NCBI GenBank assembly: GCA_003518055.1
Contig: DOZJ01000003.1
Span: 2,046-66,045 of the forward strand
Direction: 5' to 3'
DNA from: Candidatus Falkowbacteria bacterium
GTDB taxonomy: Bacteria; Patescibacteriota; Patescibacteriia; UBA11705
DNA length: 64,000 nucleotides
Shown here: positions 36,875 through 45,594 of the stretch, piece after piece
How the letters are laid out: each line of letters starts with the position of its first letter
How positions within the stretch are numbered: the first letter of the stretch is position 1
Notes under the pieces: model-generated
Databases searched by the model: none
Seen by the model: only the letters and a program-made list of their open reading frames with translations
Told to the model about the DNA's origin: nothing
Program-made: the position numbers and the translations under genes

Positions 36875-37051
36875 AAAAGTGTGGGCTGTTTAGTTATCAA
36901 TTCACATCTGTCAGTAGACAATGATATGTTTGCTATTTTTGTAAAGCCGTTAGTTTCTAGTTGTCAGAAATAGTAGGTTGCTTCGTCGTTACTACGTACT
37001 CCTCGCAACATAAAAAGGATCAAAAAAATAAAAAAAGATGTTGGTTGATTC

Positions 37052-37080
37052 TTGACTTAACAATCTGTTTGCAGTATGAT
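37052..37080 (+). promoter_or_regulatory. Sigma70-type promoter
   Basis: TTGACT (37052-37057), 17 nt, TATGAT (37075-37080). Confidence 0.5.
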
Positions 37081-37155
37081 AAATTTAATACAGTTAATAA
37101 AAGGAGGCATCTATCCCCTGCTCGAGGAGGCGCAGGGAGCCAAGGAGGTGACCTA

Positions 37156-37743
37156 ATGTCAAATAAAGACACGGCTGGTGGTTTTTTCCGGGTCACCGAT
37201 GACTTTTGGGCCAATTTGCTCCTTAGGGAGATGAAGTTTCACGCCGGAGACAACGGTTTTGATGTGGCGGAAATATTCATCGACAGAGATCGCCGGCTGG
37301 TGCTAATGGTGCCGAGATTGCCGTCAGATATCACCAAGTTGAATTTGATGGAGGTTGAGCGACTGATCGCCGAGCCTGATGATTTTGAGGAAATGGATGA
37401 CATGCCGTTTTCTCTTTCCGTTATCCGGTCTGCGGGATTGGTGTATTTCATCAAGTTTAATGTGGGTGAAATAAATGTCTCCGTATTGATGCCGGTTCCA
37501 TATTCTTTGTACAGTCAGGATTTTGACGGCTATGTCGGTTTCGTCAAGGTAAATAATGTAACATGGACTGACGCCAAAAACCTGGACCTAGATTCTTCGA
37601 AGTTTTCGGTTGTTTATCGAGATTATGTTTCGGGCTTCATGGAAATTTGCCTCGCGGTTGGCCGCGATGAACAAAATAAACCGATTCCGGTACTGCCATC
37701 GGTCACGATGAGCACTGACGGACGGAAATTTATAAGAGTATAA
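37156..37743 (+). CDS. Hypothetical 195-aa protein
   Basis: caaggaggtgacctaATG. The upstream 55 nt carry three SD-like motifs and a ccctgc/gcaggg hairpin. No recognisable domain. Confidence 0.5.
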   Translation: MSNKDTAGGFFRVTDDFWANLLLREMKFHAGDNGFDVAEIFIDRDRRLVLMVPRLPSDITKLNLMEVERLIAEPDDFEEMDDMPFSLSVIRSAGLVYFIKFNVGEINVSVLMPVPYSLYSQDFDGYVGFVKVNNVTWTDAKNLDLDSSKFSVVYRDYVSGFMEICLAVGRDEQNKPIPVLPSVTMSTDGRKFIRV

Positions 37744-37892
37744 AAACAGACTTTAACGAAGTCTGCTTTTGTTTATATACTGTAACTGCGAAAGTATGGC
37801 CGTGGGGGCTACTTATACAAAATGAGTATAGTTAAAGTAAAAAGTGGAGGGAAAAGTTTTTACAAAAGTTTGGCGGGTGTAGCTGTAATAAA

Positions 37893-38348
37893 TTATTCAA
37901 TGTATTTCAAAATTATCTCTAGCGACCCATGACGCTGGGTATGGATGTATTTTTTTAGTTCGTCTTTGGTGACCCATTTGAAATCATCGGCTTCGAGTTC
38001 GTCGCTTTGATCAAGATGAAAGTCATTGTCAGTGCCGGAAAAGGTTAAAATAAAAATTGTTTGCTCTTGGCCAATGTAGCCTTCCGCCTCATAGTATTTA
38101 AGCTTCAAAATTTTTTTTGGCCAGTCATAACGATATTGCTCGGGCAGTTTTTCTTTGACAGTTAAAAATTGTGGCTCAACGCCCAATTCTTCCGAGGCTT
38201 CACGCACCACTGCTTGTTCCGGCGTTTCTCCTTGGTCCACTCCCCCTTGAGGAAATTGCCAATGATTAAAACGCGGGTTGTGTTGGATTAAAAATTTGTC
38301 ATTTTGGGTAATAACGGCGATAACATTGGGGCGATATTTGTTTGGCAT
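37893..38348 (-). CDS. NUDIX hydrolase
   Basis: NUDIX box GGVDQGETPEQAVVREASEELGV. Confidence 0.8.
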   Translation of the reverse strand: MPNKYRPNVIAVITQNDKFLIQHNPRFNHWQFPQGGVDQGETPEQAVVREASEELGVEPQFLTVKEKLPEQYRYDWPKKILKLKYYEAEGYIGQEQTIFILTFSGTDNDFHLDQSDELEADDFKWVTKDELKKYIHTQRHGSLEIILKYIE

Positions 38349-38449
38349 AGAGTTTTTACAAAGTGGTTATAGTTTTTTACAAAAGTATAACAGCAACTAC
38401 GAAAGCTTGACGGTTAGTGGCAGGGTTTTACAAAAGGTTGGCGGGGCGG

Positions 38450-39199
38450 TTAGGAAGGTTTGCGGTCTTTGTGGGCCAATGAATGTTTCAGGCAGATTAG
38501 GGGAAAAACAATTACAGCTTTGAAAATTCTGTTGATTCGTTTGGGTTGTTTATATAGACGAAAAAGCCACTCTAATCCGAGTCGGCGCATGATTTCGGGG
38601 GCTCTGGTTTGGCGGCCGGTGATAAAGTCAAAGCTGCCGCCGACCCCCAGACCGAGCTTGGCGGTGATGTTGAGGTCGCGAAGCTGATGGAGCAATGATT
38701 CTTGAATTGGCGCGCCATGGGTGGTAAAAATAATATCAGGTTTAGTGTTATTGATATGATCCAATAAATCGTTGGTAATGTCAGCGCTTTTGTACCCATG
38801 AAGTTTGAGATTCGGATAATCGTTTAGCACGGATTTTTTTATTTCGATCAGTGAAGACAAAGAGTCGGGGTGATTGATGATAAATATGGTTAGCCTCCGG
38901 TCGTGTGCCAGCTGCAAAAGATATTTGGTCAAATCCGAACCGGTGTGACGATGCTGGATTTGTTGGCCGGAAAGAAAGGCGCCGATTTTTAACCCAAAGC
39001 CGTCAGGAATGTTCATGTCGCCTTGGTTAAGAACATCTTGGAACTTTTTATTTTGGCGCGCGTGAAGACATATTTCCGGATTGGGCGTAAATAAAAGTTT
39101 TAATTTTGTTTGACGCAAAAAACCGTCAATCTCTTGATAGAGATCGGATTCCGAGCAATCATGAATAACGGTATCGAGGATGGTAATTTTTTGAGTCAT
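38450..39199 (-). CDS. WecB/TagA/CpsF-family glycosyltransferase
   Basis: 249 aa. ...DGFGLKIGAFLSGQ...TTHGAPIQE...GLGVGGSFDFITGRQTRAPEIMRRLGLEWLFRL matches the WecG/TagA family. Confidence 0.7.
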   Translation of the reverse strand: MTQKITILDTVIHDCSESDLYQEIDGFLRQTKLKLLFTPNPEICLHARQNKKFQDVLNQGDMNIPDGFGLKIGAFLSGQQIQHRHTGSDLTKYLLQLAHDRRLTIFIINHPDSLSSLIEIKKSVLNDYPNLKLHGYKSADITNDLLDHINNTKPDIIFTTHGAPIQESLLHQLRDLNITAKLGLGVGGSFDFITGRQTRAPEIMRRLGLEWLFRLYKQPKRINRIFKAVIVFPLICLKHSLAHKDRKPS

Positions 39200-39249
39200 A
39201 AGAAAAACAGCAAATTAGCTGTTTTCAGTATATATAAAGTGATTGATTT

Positions 39250-39612
39250 TTACAATTCCGGAAACGGCTCCAACGAATAAATTTTTTGTCTGTCGGATTC
39301 CGAGATTAAATTTTTATCGGATAAAATTTTGACCAAAGTCTTAAATTTTGAGTCTTCTTTGCGAATTAAAACCACCAAATCTCCGCGCAGATCAGCCAGT
39401 TTTTCATCCAAGTAATCCTTGGTGACCATGGTGGCTTCGATACGGTTAATTCTGGATTCAATAACGTCAAAGCGCTGATCAATGGCATTAAAGCGCTGAT
39501 CAATGGCATCAAAACGTCGATCAATTGATTCGAATTTTTGATCAACAACAGTTGAGAATTGGTTGATCGCGGCCAAAATTTCTTGTTTATCCGTATGGTC
39601 CATATTTTTCAT
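39250..39612 (-). CDS. Hypothetical heptad-repeat protein
   Basis: Contains 21-bp tandem DNA repeats (39466-39540) encoding IDRRFDAIDQRFNAIDQRFDVIESRINRIE. Confidence 0.5.
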   Translation of the reverse strand: MKNMDHTDKQEILAAINQFSTVVDQKFESIDRRFDAIDQRFNAIDQRFDVIESRINRIEATMVTKDYLDEKLADLRGDLVVLIRKEDSKFKTLVKILSDKNLISESDRQKIYSLEPFPEL

Positions 39613-39689
39613 TGAATGGATTTATTATATCATGATGACAAATCAACGCAATGTTTCGGATTGTGACCAAATTTGGTATAATTAAATTA

Positions 39690-39960
39690 GAAATCTGGCA
39701 GTGGTTTCGGATAACCTGAGCCGGAAAGGGGTTTGTCATGCTCAGGGGTGAATATCTGCCGTGCCTCGGGTGCGCCTATTACAAAAATTGCCCATGGGCG
39801 CGAAACCAGAAACTCTGTCCTGGATTCCGGAGTGCGATTTCACCGGAATGCCTTGAGGAGAACCGTCGTGAAGCGGAAAGACGCTTGCGGCGCGATCCCC
39901 GGTCGGCCTTGTCATTGGCCCAGTGGCTGCATTTGGGTCAAGACGCGGCTTAACCAACCC
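39690..39960 (+). ncRNA. GC-rich (~56%) short transcription unit; candidate structured ncRNA, or alternatively a 71-aa Cys-containing protein (39738-39953)
   Basis: TATAAT at 39677-39682, ~270 nt, then a strong terminator at 39962-39995. ORFs open on both strands and all frames (39733-40017, 39738-39953, 39742-39957), typical of GC-rich non-coding sequence. Internal hairpins ttccgg-agtgcgatttca-ccggaa and gcccatgggc. Confidence 0.3.
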
Positions 39961-39961
39961 A

Positions 39962-39995
39962 AAAGAGCTGGCTCACTGAGCGAGCTCTTTGACTT
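39962..39995 (+). terminator. Rho-independent terminator
   Basis: aaagagct-ggctcactgagcg-agctcttt, an 8-bp stem, followed by gactttgtg. Confidence 0.6.
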
Positions 39996-40018
39996 TGTGA
40001 TGCAAAACTTGACATAGT

Positions 40019-40046
40019 AAAATGTTAGGTTATAATAAATTAGCAC
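40019..40046 (+). promoter_or_regulatory. Sigma70-type promoter of clpB
   Basis: TTGACA (40019-40024), 16 nt, TATAAT (40041-40046). Confidence 0.5.
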
Positions 40047-40169
40047 TCGTTATTATTGACTGCCAACGGGGCTTTACTGGATGATTTTAAATAATCTATT
40101 CTATAATAATTTTAGTAATGAGTGATTGGTGTTCAGAATTTACGATTTAGAATTTTAAAATTTAATTTT

Positions 40170-42800
40170 ATGGATATCAATAAATTTACCACAAAAGCTC
40201 AAGAGGCGCTCCAAGCGGCTCAAGCTTTGATGTTTGAACGAAAGCACGCGCAAGTTGATGTGTCTCATTTGTTGTACGCACTATTGGAACAGGAACAAAG
40301 CATTGTCACCACGATTTTGCGTAACAGTGAAGTCGATATGTCCGCGTTGATCACGGAGGTTGAATCTTTGATGCGTCAGATGCCGGAATCATTTACGGAA
40401 AATGTGGCGGACGGACAAGTGATGGTGACTCCGGCGATGAATTTTGTAATAGTCAACTCAGAGAAAATCGCGCGAAAAATGGGTGATGATTATGTCAGCA
40501 CCGAGCATTTGTTTCTGGCGCTGTTAACGGTCAACTCCCCCATCAAACGGGTCTTGGAATATTATCAAATAAACGAGAAAGTGGTTCTCGAGCAGTTGAA
40601 AAATCTTCGCGGCGCGCAGAAGGTTGATTCTCGTGAACCGGAAGCCAAATATCAGGCGTTGGAAAAATACGCGGTTAATTTGACTGAGATGGCGCGGCAG
40701 GAAAAATTGGATCCGATAATCGGTCGAGATGAAGAAATTAGACGAATTTTGCAGGTATTATCACGCCGAACCAAAAATAACCCAGTCTTGATCGGTGAGC
40801 CGGGTACGGGTAAGACCGCGGTGGTGGAAGGTTTGGCTCAAAGAATCGTATCCGGAGATGTGCCGGAAAATTTGAAAAATAAAGAAGTCCTATCGATCGA
40901 TATCAGTTCTTTGATTGCCGGTGCCAAATTTCGGGGCGAATTTGAAGATCGATTAAAGGCAGTGCTGAAAGAAATTAAACAATCAGGAGATAAATATATT
41001 ATTTTTATCGATGAACTTCATACCATCGTCGGTGCCGGAGCGACTGAAGGGTCAATTGACGCCTCCAATATGCTCAAACCGGCGTTGGCGCGCGGTGAAT
41101 TGCGTTGTGTTGGCGCGACCACGACCAAAGAGTATCAAAAATATATTGAAAAGGACGCGGCTTTGGAGCGCCGATTCCAACCGGTTCGAATTGATCAACC
41201 GAGCGTGGATGATACGATCGCGATATTGCGTGGTATCAAGGAAAAATATGAGATTCATCACGGTGTGCGAATAACCGATGATGCTATTGTGGCGGCGGCG
41301 AAATTGTCAAACCGATATATCACGGAACGGTTTTTACCTGATAAAGCCATTGACTTGATTGATGAGGCCACTTCAGCGCTGAGAATCGAATTGAACAGTA
41401 TGCCGATTGAACTGGATCAGGCCAAGCGCCGATTAATGAAATTGGAAATTGAAAAGAGCGCTTTGGAAAAAGAAAAGAGTGCTAAAACCAAAGATCGGCT
41501 GATGGAAATTAAGAAAGAAATGGCTGAAATCAAAGAAAAGACCAAGGAGCTGGAGCTGCATTGGACCAAAGAAAAAGAAATTATTTCGGCGATGCAAGAC
41601 GCGCAAAAGCAGATTGATAAATTGAAACAAGAGGCGGAAATATTGGAACGCCAATCAGAATTCGACAAGGTGGCGGAGATTCGTTACGGCCGGATTCCTG
41701 ATCTGGAAAAGAAAATGAACTCCAGCCGGGAAAAACTGCGCAAGTTGCAGAGTGGTCCGGGCGGCAAACAAATTTTAAAGGAAGAAGTGACGGAAGAAGA
41801 TATTGCCGATGTTTTGTCCAAATGGACCGGCATTCCGGTGATCAAAATGCTGCAAACCGAGGCGGAGAGATTGGTTAGGGCTGAGGAAGTTTTGGCTGAA
41901 CGGGTGGTCGGACAAAAGATGGCGATCAAATCCGTCGCCAACGCGTTGAGGCGGTCACGGGCCGGATTGGCCGAGGAGAACAAACCGATCGGGTCATTTC
42001 TCTTCATGGGGCCGACAGGTGTGGGTAAAACCGAATTGGCCAAAGCGTTGGCTGAATTTATGTTTGATGATGAAGAAGCGATAATCCGGGTTGATATGAG
42101 TGAATATATGGAAAAGCACGCGGTGTCAAAGTTTATCGGTTCACCTCCCGGATATATTGGTTATGAAGAAGGCGGACAGTTGACAGAGCAAGTGCGGCGA
42201 AAACCATATTCAGTTATATTGTTTGACGAGATTGAAAAAGCGCACCCTGAAGTGTTCAATTCTTTGTTACAAATGCTTGACGACGGACAAATGACTGACG
42301 CCAAGGGACGGAAAGTTAATTTCAAGAATACAATTATAATCATGACCAGCAATATCGGCAGTGATTTGATTTTGAGTTCGTCAACCAAAACTTCACTTGG
42401 TTTTGGCGAGGCGGAAACAGAAAGCCAGAAAGCAGATGATTTGCGTGATCGGATCATGAAGCTGCTCCGTGAGCAATTTAAACCGGAATTCCTCAATCGA
42501 ATTGATGAAATTATCATGTTTGAAGCTTTGAGCCGCGACGATATCAGGCAGGTGGTTGACTTGCAGCTGGAGCGGGTTGCCAAACGATTGGTGGAAAAAG
42601 ATTTGGAGTTAGTTTTCACCAGTAATTTGAAAGATATGCTGGCCAAAGAAGGTTATGATCCGGCTTTTGGCGCGAGGCCGCTCAAACGGTTGATCCAAAA
42701 TAAGATTCTCGATCCCCTAGCCCTTCAAATTATCGAAGGTAAAACTAAAAAGAAGATTAAAGTGGATTTTGTCGCCGAGCAGGTGAAGTTCGGGCGGTAA
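40170..42800 (+). CDS. clpB: ATP-dependent chaperone ClpB
   Basis: [18 protein letters not shown]... N-domain. Two AAA+ modules with Walker [16 protein letters not shown] and [15 protein letters not shown]. Long coiled-coil middle domain. 876 aa. Confidence 0.9.
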   Translation: MDINKFTTKAQEALQAAQALMFERKHAQVDVSHLLYALLEQEQSIVTTILRNSEVDMSALITEVESLMRQMPESFTENVADGQVMVTPAMNFVIVNSEKIARKMGDDYVSTEHLFLALLTVNSPIKRVLEYYQINEKVVLEQLKNLRGAQKVDSREPEAKYQALEKYAVNLTEMARQEKLDPIIGRDEEIRRILQVLSRRTKNNPVLIGEPGTGKTAVVEGLAQRIVSGDVPENLKNKEVLSIDISSLIAGAKFRGEFEDRLKAVLKEIKQSGDKYIIFIDELHTIVGAGATEGSIDASNMLKPALARGELRCVGATTTKEYQKYIEKDAALERRFQPVRIDQPSVDDTIAILRGIKEKYEIHHGVRITDDAIVAAAKLSNRYITERFLPDKAIDLIDEATSALRIELNSMPIELDQAKRRLMKLEIEKSALEKEKSAKTKDRLMEIKKEMAEIKEKTKELELHWTKEKEIISAMQDAQKQIDKLKQEAEILERQSEFDKVAEIRYGRIPDLEKKMNSSREKLRKLQSGPGGKQILKEEVTEEDIADVLSKWTGIPVIKMLQTEAERLVRAEEVLAERVVGQKMAIKSVANALRRSRAGLAEENKPIGSFLFMGPTGVGKTELAKALAEFMFDDEEAIIRVDMSEYMEKHAVSKFIGSPPGYIGYEEGGQLTEQVRRKPYSVILFDEIEKAHPEVFNSLLQMLDDGQMTDAKGRKVNFKNTIIIMTSNIGSDLILSSSTKTSLGFGEAETESQKADDLRDRIMKLLREQFKPEFLNRIDEIIMFEALSRDDIRQVVDLQLERVAKRLVEKDLELVFTSNLKDMLAKEGYDPAFGARPLKRLIQNKILDPLALQIIEGKTKKKIKVDFVAEQVKFGR

Positions 42801-43004
42801 AGATATTTTAGAATTAATGTCATAAGGACGTAAAATACAAAAGTTGCCGGTTGTGATAACAGTTGGCAATTTTTGTTTAGTTTTGGTTTTTTTGTGGGAT
42901 TTTACGGTTTATTGTTTGTGCTGGTTCGTTAATTACGCTGATCGGATAAATTCAACTACAAATAGTCGCCGAGTTGTGTTATAATGGGATTAAAGAAAAA
43001 AAAT

Positions 43005-44378
43005 ATGCGGAGAAAAATATTTTACACCATCATGGTTTTGATCATAGGTTTGGGGTCTTTTTCGCCGTTCGCGGCGACAGAAGCGATTGAATTTAATCGG
43101 CATCTAGTCATAAGCGATGATCAGATGTTCAATCCGAGTGCTATGACACTGGCTGAAATCCAAAAGTTTTTGGAATTGAAAAATTCGTATTTAGCGACTT
43201 TGACTGTGCCTGACATTGACGGCGCGCAAAAAACAGCGGCGGCCATAATCGACGGCGCGGCTAAACGTCATGGTGTTAATCCAAAATTGATTCTGGTAAT
43301 GCTGCAAAAAGAGCAAAGTTTGGTCGAGGATCCTAATCCCAGTTACAAACAAATCGATTGGGCTATGGGTTATGGCGTGTGTGACAGCTGCAGTCTCAAT
43401 GATCCGTTATTGTTGATTTATAAAGGTTTTGCCAATCAAGTGGATAAGGCAATCGCCCGATTGAGATGGTATAGTGACAATCCAACCGTATTTAAAACAG
43501 TCGGCCAAACATATATTATTGATGGACAAGACGTAACGCCGATGACTCAAGCGACGGCAAATTTATACAGCTACACGCCGCATATTCACGGTAATTATTT
43601 GTTTTGGAAAATATGGCAGCGGTGGTTCAAACAATATTATCCCGATGGATCGCTGTTAAAAACTTATGACGCTCCCACTGTCTGGTTAATTCAATTCGGA
43701 GAAAAAAGAGCCTTTGTCAACATGTCTTCTCTTATATCCCGATATGATCCAAAGCGGATTTTGACCGTCACCACCGAAGAACTTGATAAATATGAAGTCG
43801 GCGCCCCGATCAAATATCCGAATTATTCGCTCTTGAAAGAACCGACTGGATCAATTTATTTACTCGTAGGCGACACATTGAAACATATTGATACTATGGA
43901 CACGTTCAGGTTATTAGGATTTAATCCGCTAGAAATTATCGAGGTGGAGACCGGTGATCTTGACGGCTATAATATTGGTGAGGAAATTACCATGAAAAGT
44001 TCATATCCGCTTGGAGCTTTGCTGCAAAACAAAGACACCGGTGGAGTTTATTACGTTCAGAACGGAGTCAAACATCCATTGATCGCGATTGAGATTATGA
44101 GGATAAATTATCCCGGTTATCGCTTGATTCCGGTAGACGCGGTCGAGCTTGAAAATTTTGATGATGGTGATATGATTGGATATCGTGAAGGAGCGCTGCT
44201 CAAGGGTTCGGATAAACCAACCGTTTATGTCGTGTCAGGCGCTACCCGACGGCCGATCGTGTCAGGCGAGGTCTTTGAACGGCTTGGTTACAAGTGGACT
44301 GATGTTTATACCGTATCCGAAGGATCTTTGGTGGTGCTGCCGCTCGGTCAAAGCGTGGATTTGTCATTTAAAGAATAA
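43005..44378 (+). CDS. Secreted hypothetical protein with four ~80-aa internal repeats
   Basis: Signal peptide MRRKIFYTIMVLIIGLGSFSPFAATEA. Repeats contain PTVWLIQFGEKRAF / GSIYLLVGDTLKHI / GGVYYVQNGVKHPL / PTVYVVSGATRRPI. TATAAT at 42980-42985 overlaps the upstream ATG, so 43005 was chosen as the start. Confidence 0.5.
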   Translation: MRRKIFYTIMVLIIGLGSFSPFAATEAIEFNRHLVISDDQMFNPSAMTLAEIQKFLELKNSYLATLTVPDIDGAQKTAAAIIDGAAKRHGVNPKLILVMLQKEQSLVEDPNPSYKQIDWAMGYGVCDSCSLNDPLLLIYKGFANQVDKAIARLRWYSDNPTVFKTVGQTYIIDGQDVTPMTQATANLYSYTPHIHGNYLFWKIWQRWFKQYYPDGSLLKTYDAPTVWLIQFGEKRAFVNMSSLISRYDPKRILTVTTEELDKYEVGAPIKYPNYSLLKEPTGSIYLLVGDTLKHIDTMDTFRLLGFNPLEIIEVETGDLDGYNIGEEITMKSSYPLGALLQNKDTGGVYYVQNGVKHPLIAIEIMRINYPGYRLIPVDAVELENFDDGDMIGYREGALLKGSDKPTVYVVSGATRRPIVSGEVFERLGYKWTDVYTVSEGSLVVLPLGQSVDLSFKE

Positions 44379-44385
44379 AGTTTGA

Positions 44386-45186
44386 TTGAACGACATTATG
44401 ATTGTATTTGCGGCGGTGGTCCCCCACCCGCCATTAATCATTCCCAGCTTGGGAAAAGATAATACAAAAAAATTGACTAAAACTCAAGAAGCTTTTGAAA
44501 TTTTAAAAAAAGAATTTGAGGCGGCTAAACCTGATACGGTTGTAATATTTTCACCGCATGGAGATATATATCCGGATGCGTTTACCATCAATACTTTGCC
44601 TGAATATGAGTTGAATTTTGAAGATTTCGGCGACTTTGAAACTCGGATGAATTTTGTCGGTGACCTAGGATTGATCAATCGATTCCGGGAACAAGTGGAA
44701 ACTACCCTACCGGTGGTGTTAAAATCAGAGTCGGTGCTTGATTATGGCGTGGGCATTCCATTGTATTCTCTCGCTCAGGCATATAAAAATTTCAAAATAA
44801 TGCCGATAAATTCTTCCTTACTTGACCTCGAACAGCATTTGAATTTTGGCGAGGAATTGAAAGAAGCGATATTTTCAAGTGAAAAAAAGGTGGCGATAAT
44901 CGCCTCAGCTGATTTGAGTCATCGGCTGTCAAAAAATGCTCCAGCCGGGTTTTCACCGAAAGCCAAGGATTTTGATAAAAAAATTATTCAGTATTTGAAA
45001 CAAAAAAAAGTAGATCAGATGATCCAATTCGATTCCCAGCTGCTCAAGGAGGCCGAAGAGTGCGGGTTGAGACCGATTATGATGTTGATGGGAGTGATTA
45101 GGAATATGAATTATGATTTTCAGGTTTTGAGTTATGAGTCGCCTTTTGGGGTGGGATATTTGGTGGGAGAGTGTTTGTTGAAGTAA
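44386..45186 (+). CDS. LigB-superfamily protein (class III extradiol dioxygenase subunit B-like / MEMO1-like)
   Basis: N-terminal ...IVFAAVVPHPPLIIP... and ...VVIFSPHGD... histidine motifs typical of PF02900-like folds. 266 aa. Confidence 0.45.
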   Translation: MNDIMIVFAAVVPHPPLIIPSLGKDNTKKLTKTQEAFEILKKEFEAAKPDTVVIFSPHGDIYPDAFTINTLPEYELNFEDFGDFETRMNFVGDLGLINRFREQVETTLPVVLKSESVLDYGVGIPLYSLAQAYKNFKIMPINSSLLDLEQHLNFGEELKEAIFSSEKKVAIIASADLSHRLSKNAPAGFSPKAKDFDKKIIQYLKQKKVDQMIQFDSQLLKEAEECGLRPIMMLMGVIRNMNYDFQVLSYESPFGVGYLVGECLLK

Positions 45187-45545
45187 CTGTAACTACGAAA
45201 GTTTGGCAGCAAGTAGATAGTTTTACGAAAATTAGGCGGGCGTAACTGTAACTACGGAATTAACTGTAACTACCCGCCTACGCTCTTACTTCCACCTACG
45301 CATAACGCTTATGCCTTCGCTAAAGCTATGGCATACAGGTCGGTGGACAGGGTGTAGAGCTACGGCGGGCGCGGCGGAAGTTTGGCAAGTCGGTTGGGTT
45401 TTTTACAAAAGTATGGCAGCAACAATAACTACCCACCTACGCTCTTACTGTGTGAGCTACGGCGCCTGCCTGCCGGTAGGCAGGGGCGCAGCGGAGGTTT
45501 GGCGGGGATTGGTTGCGTAGGGTTAATTCAGGGAAAAGAAAGGCG
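45187..45545. repeat. Intergenic repeat cluster: GTAACTGTAACTAC family units plus a ~130-bp near-identical copy of 18640-18790
   Basis: aactgtaactacgaaagtttggcagc..., gcgtaactgtaactacggaattaactgtaactacccgcctacgctcttac..., ggcggaagtttggcaagtcggttgggttttttacaaaagtatggcagcaacaataactacccacctacgctcttactgtgtgagctacggcgcctgcctgccggtaggcaggggcgcagcggaggtttggcgg. Confidence 0.7.
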
Positions 45546-45594
45546 GATTATGTTCGCTTTTTTTAGTCTGTTAAGGTAAAATAAAGGTGAAACT

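Noticed and set aside
42981-42986. ATG at 42984 as start of the secreted repeat protein.
   Set aside because: It lies inside the TATAAT -10 hexamer (42980-42985), so it would not be on the transcript. The ATG at 43005 (MRRKIFY..., a classic signal peptide) was used, although it lacks a clear SD.
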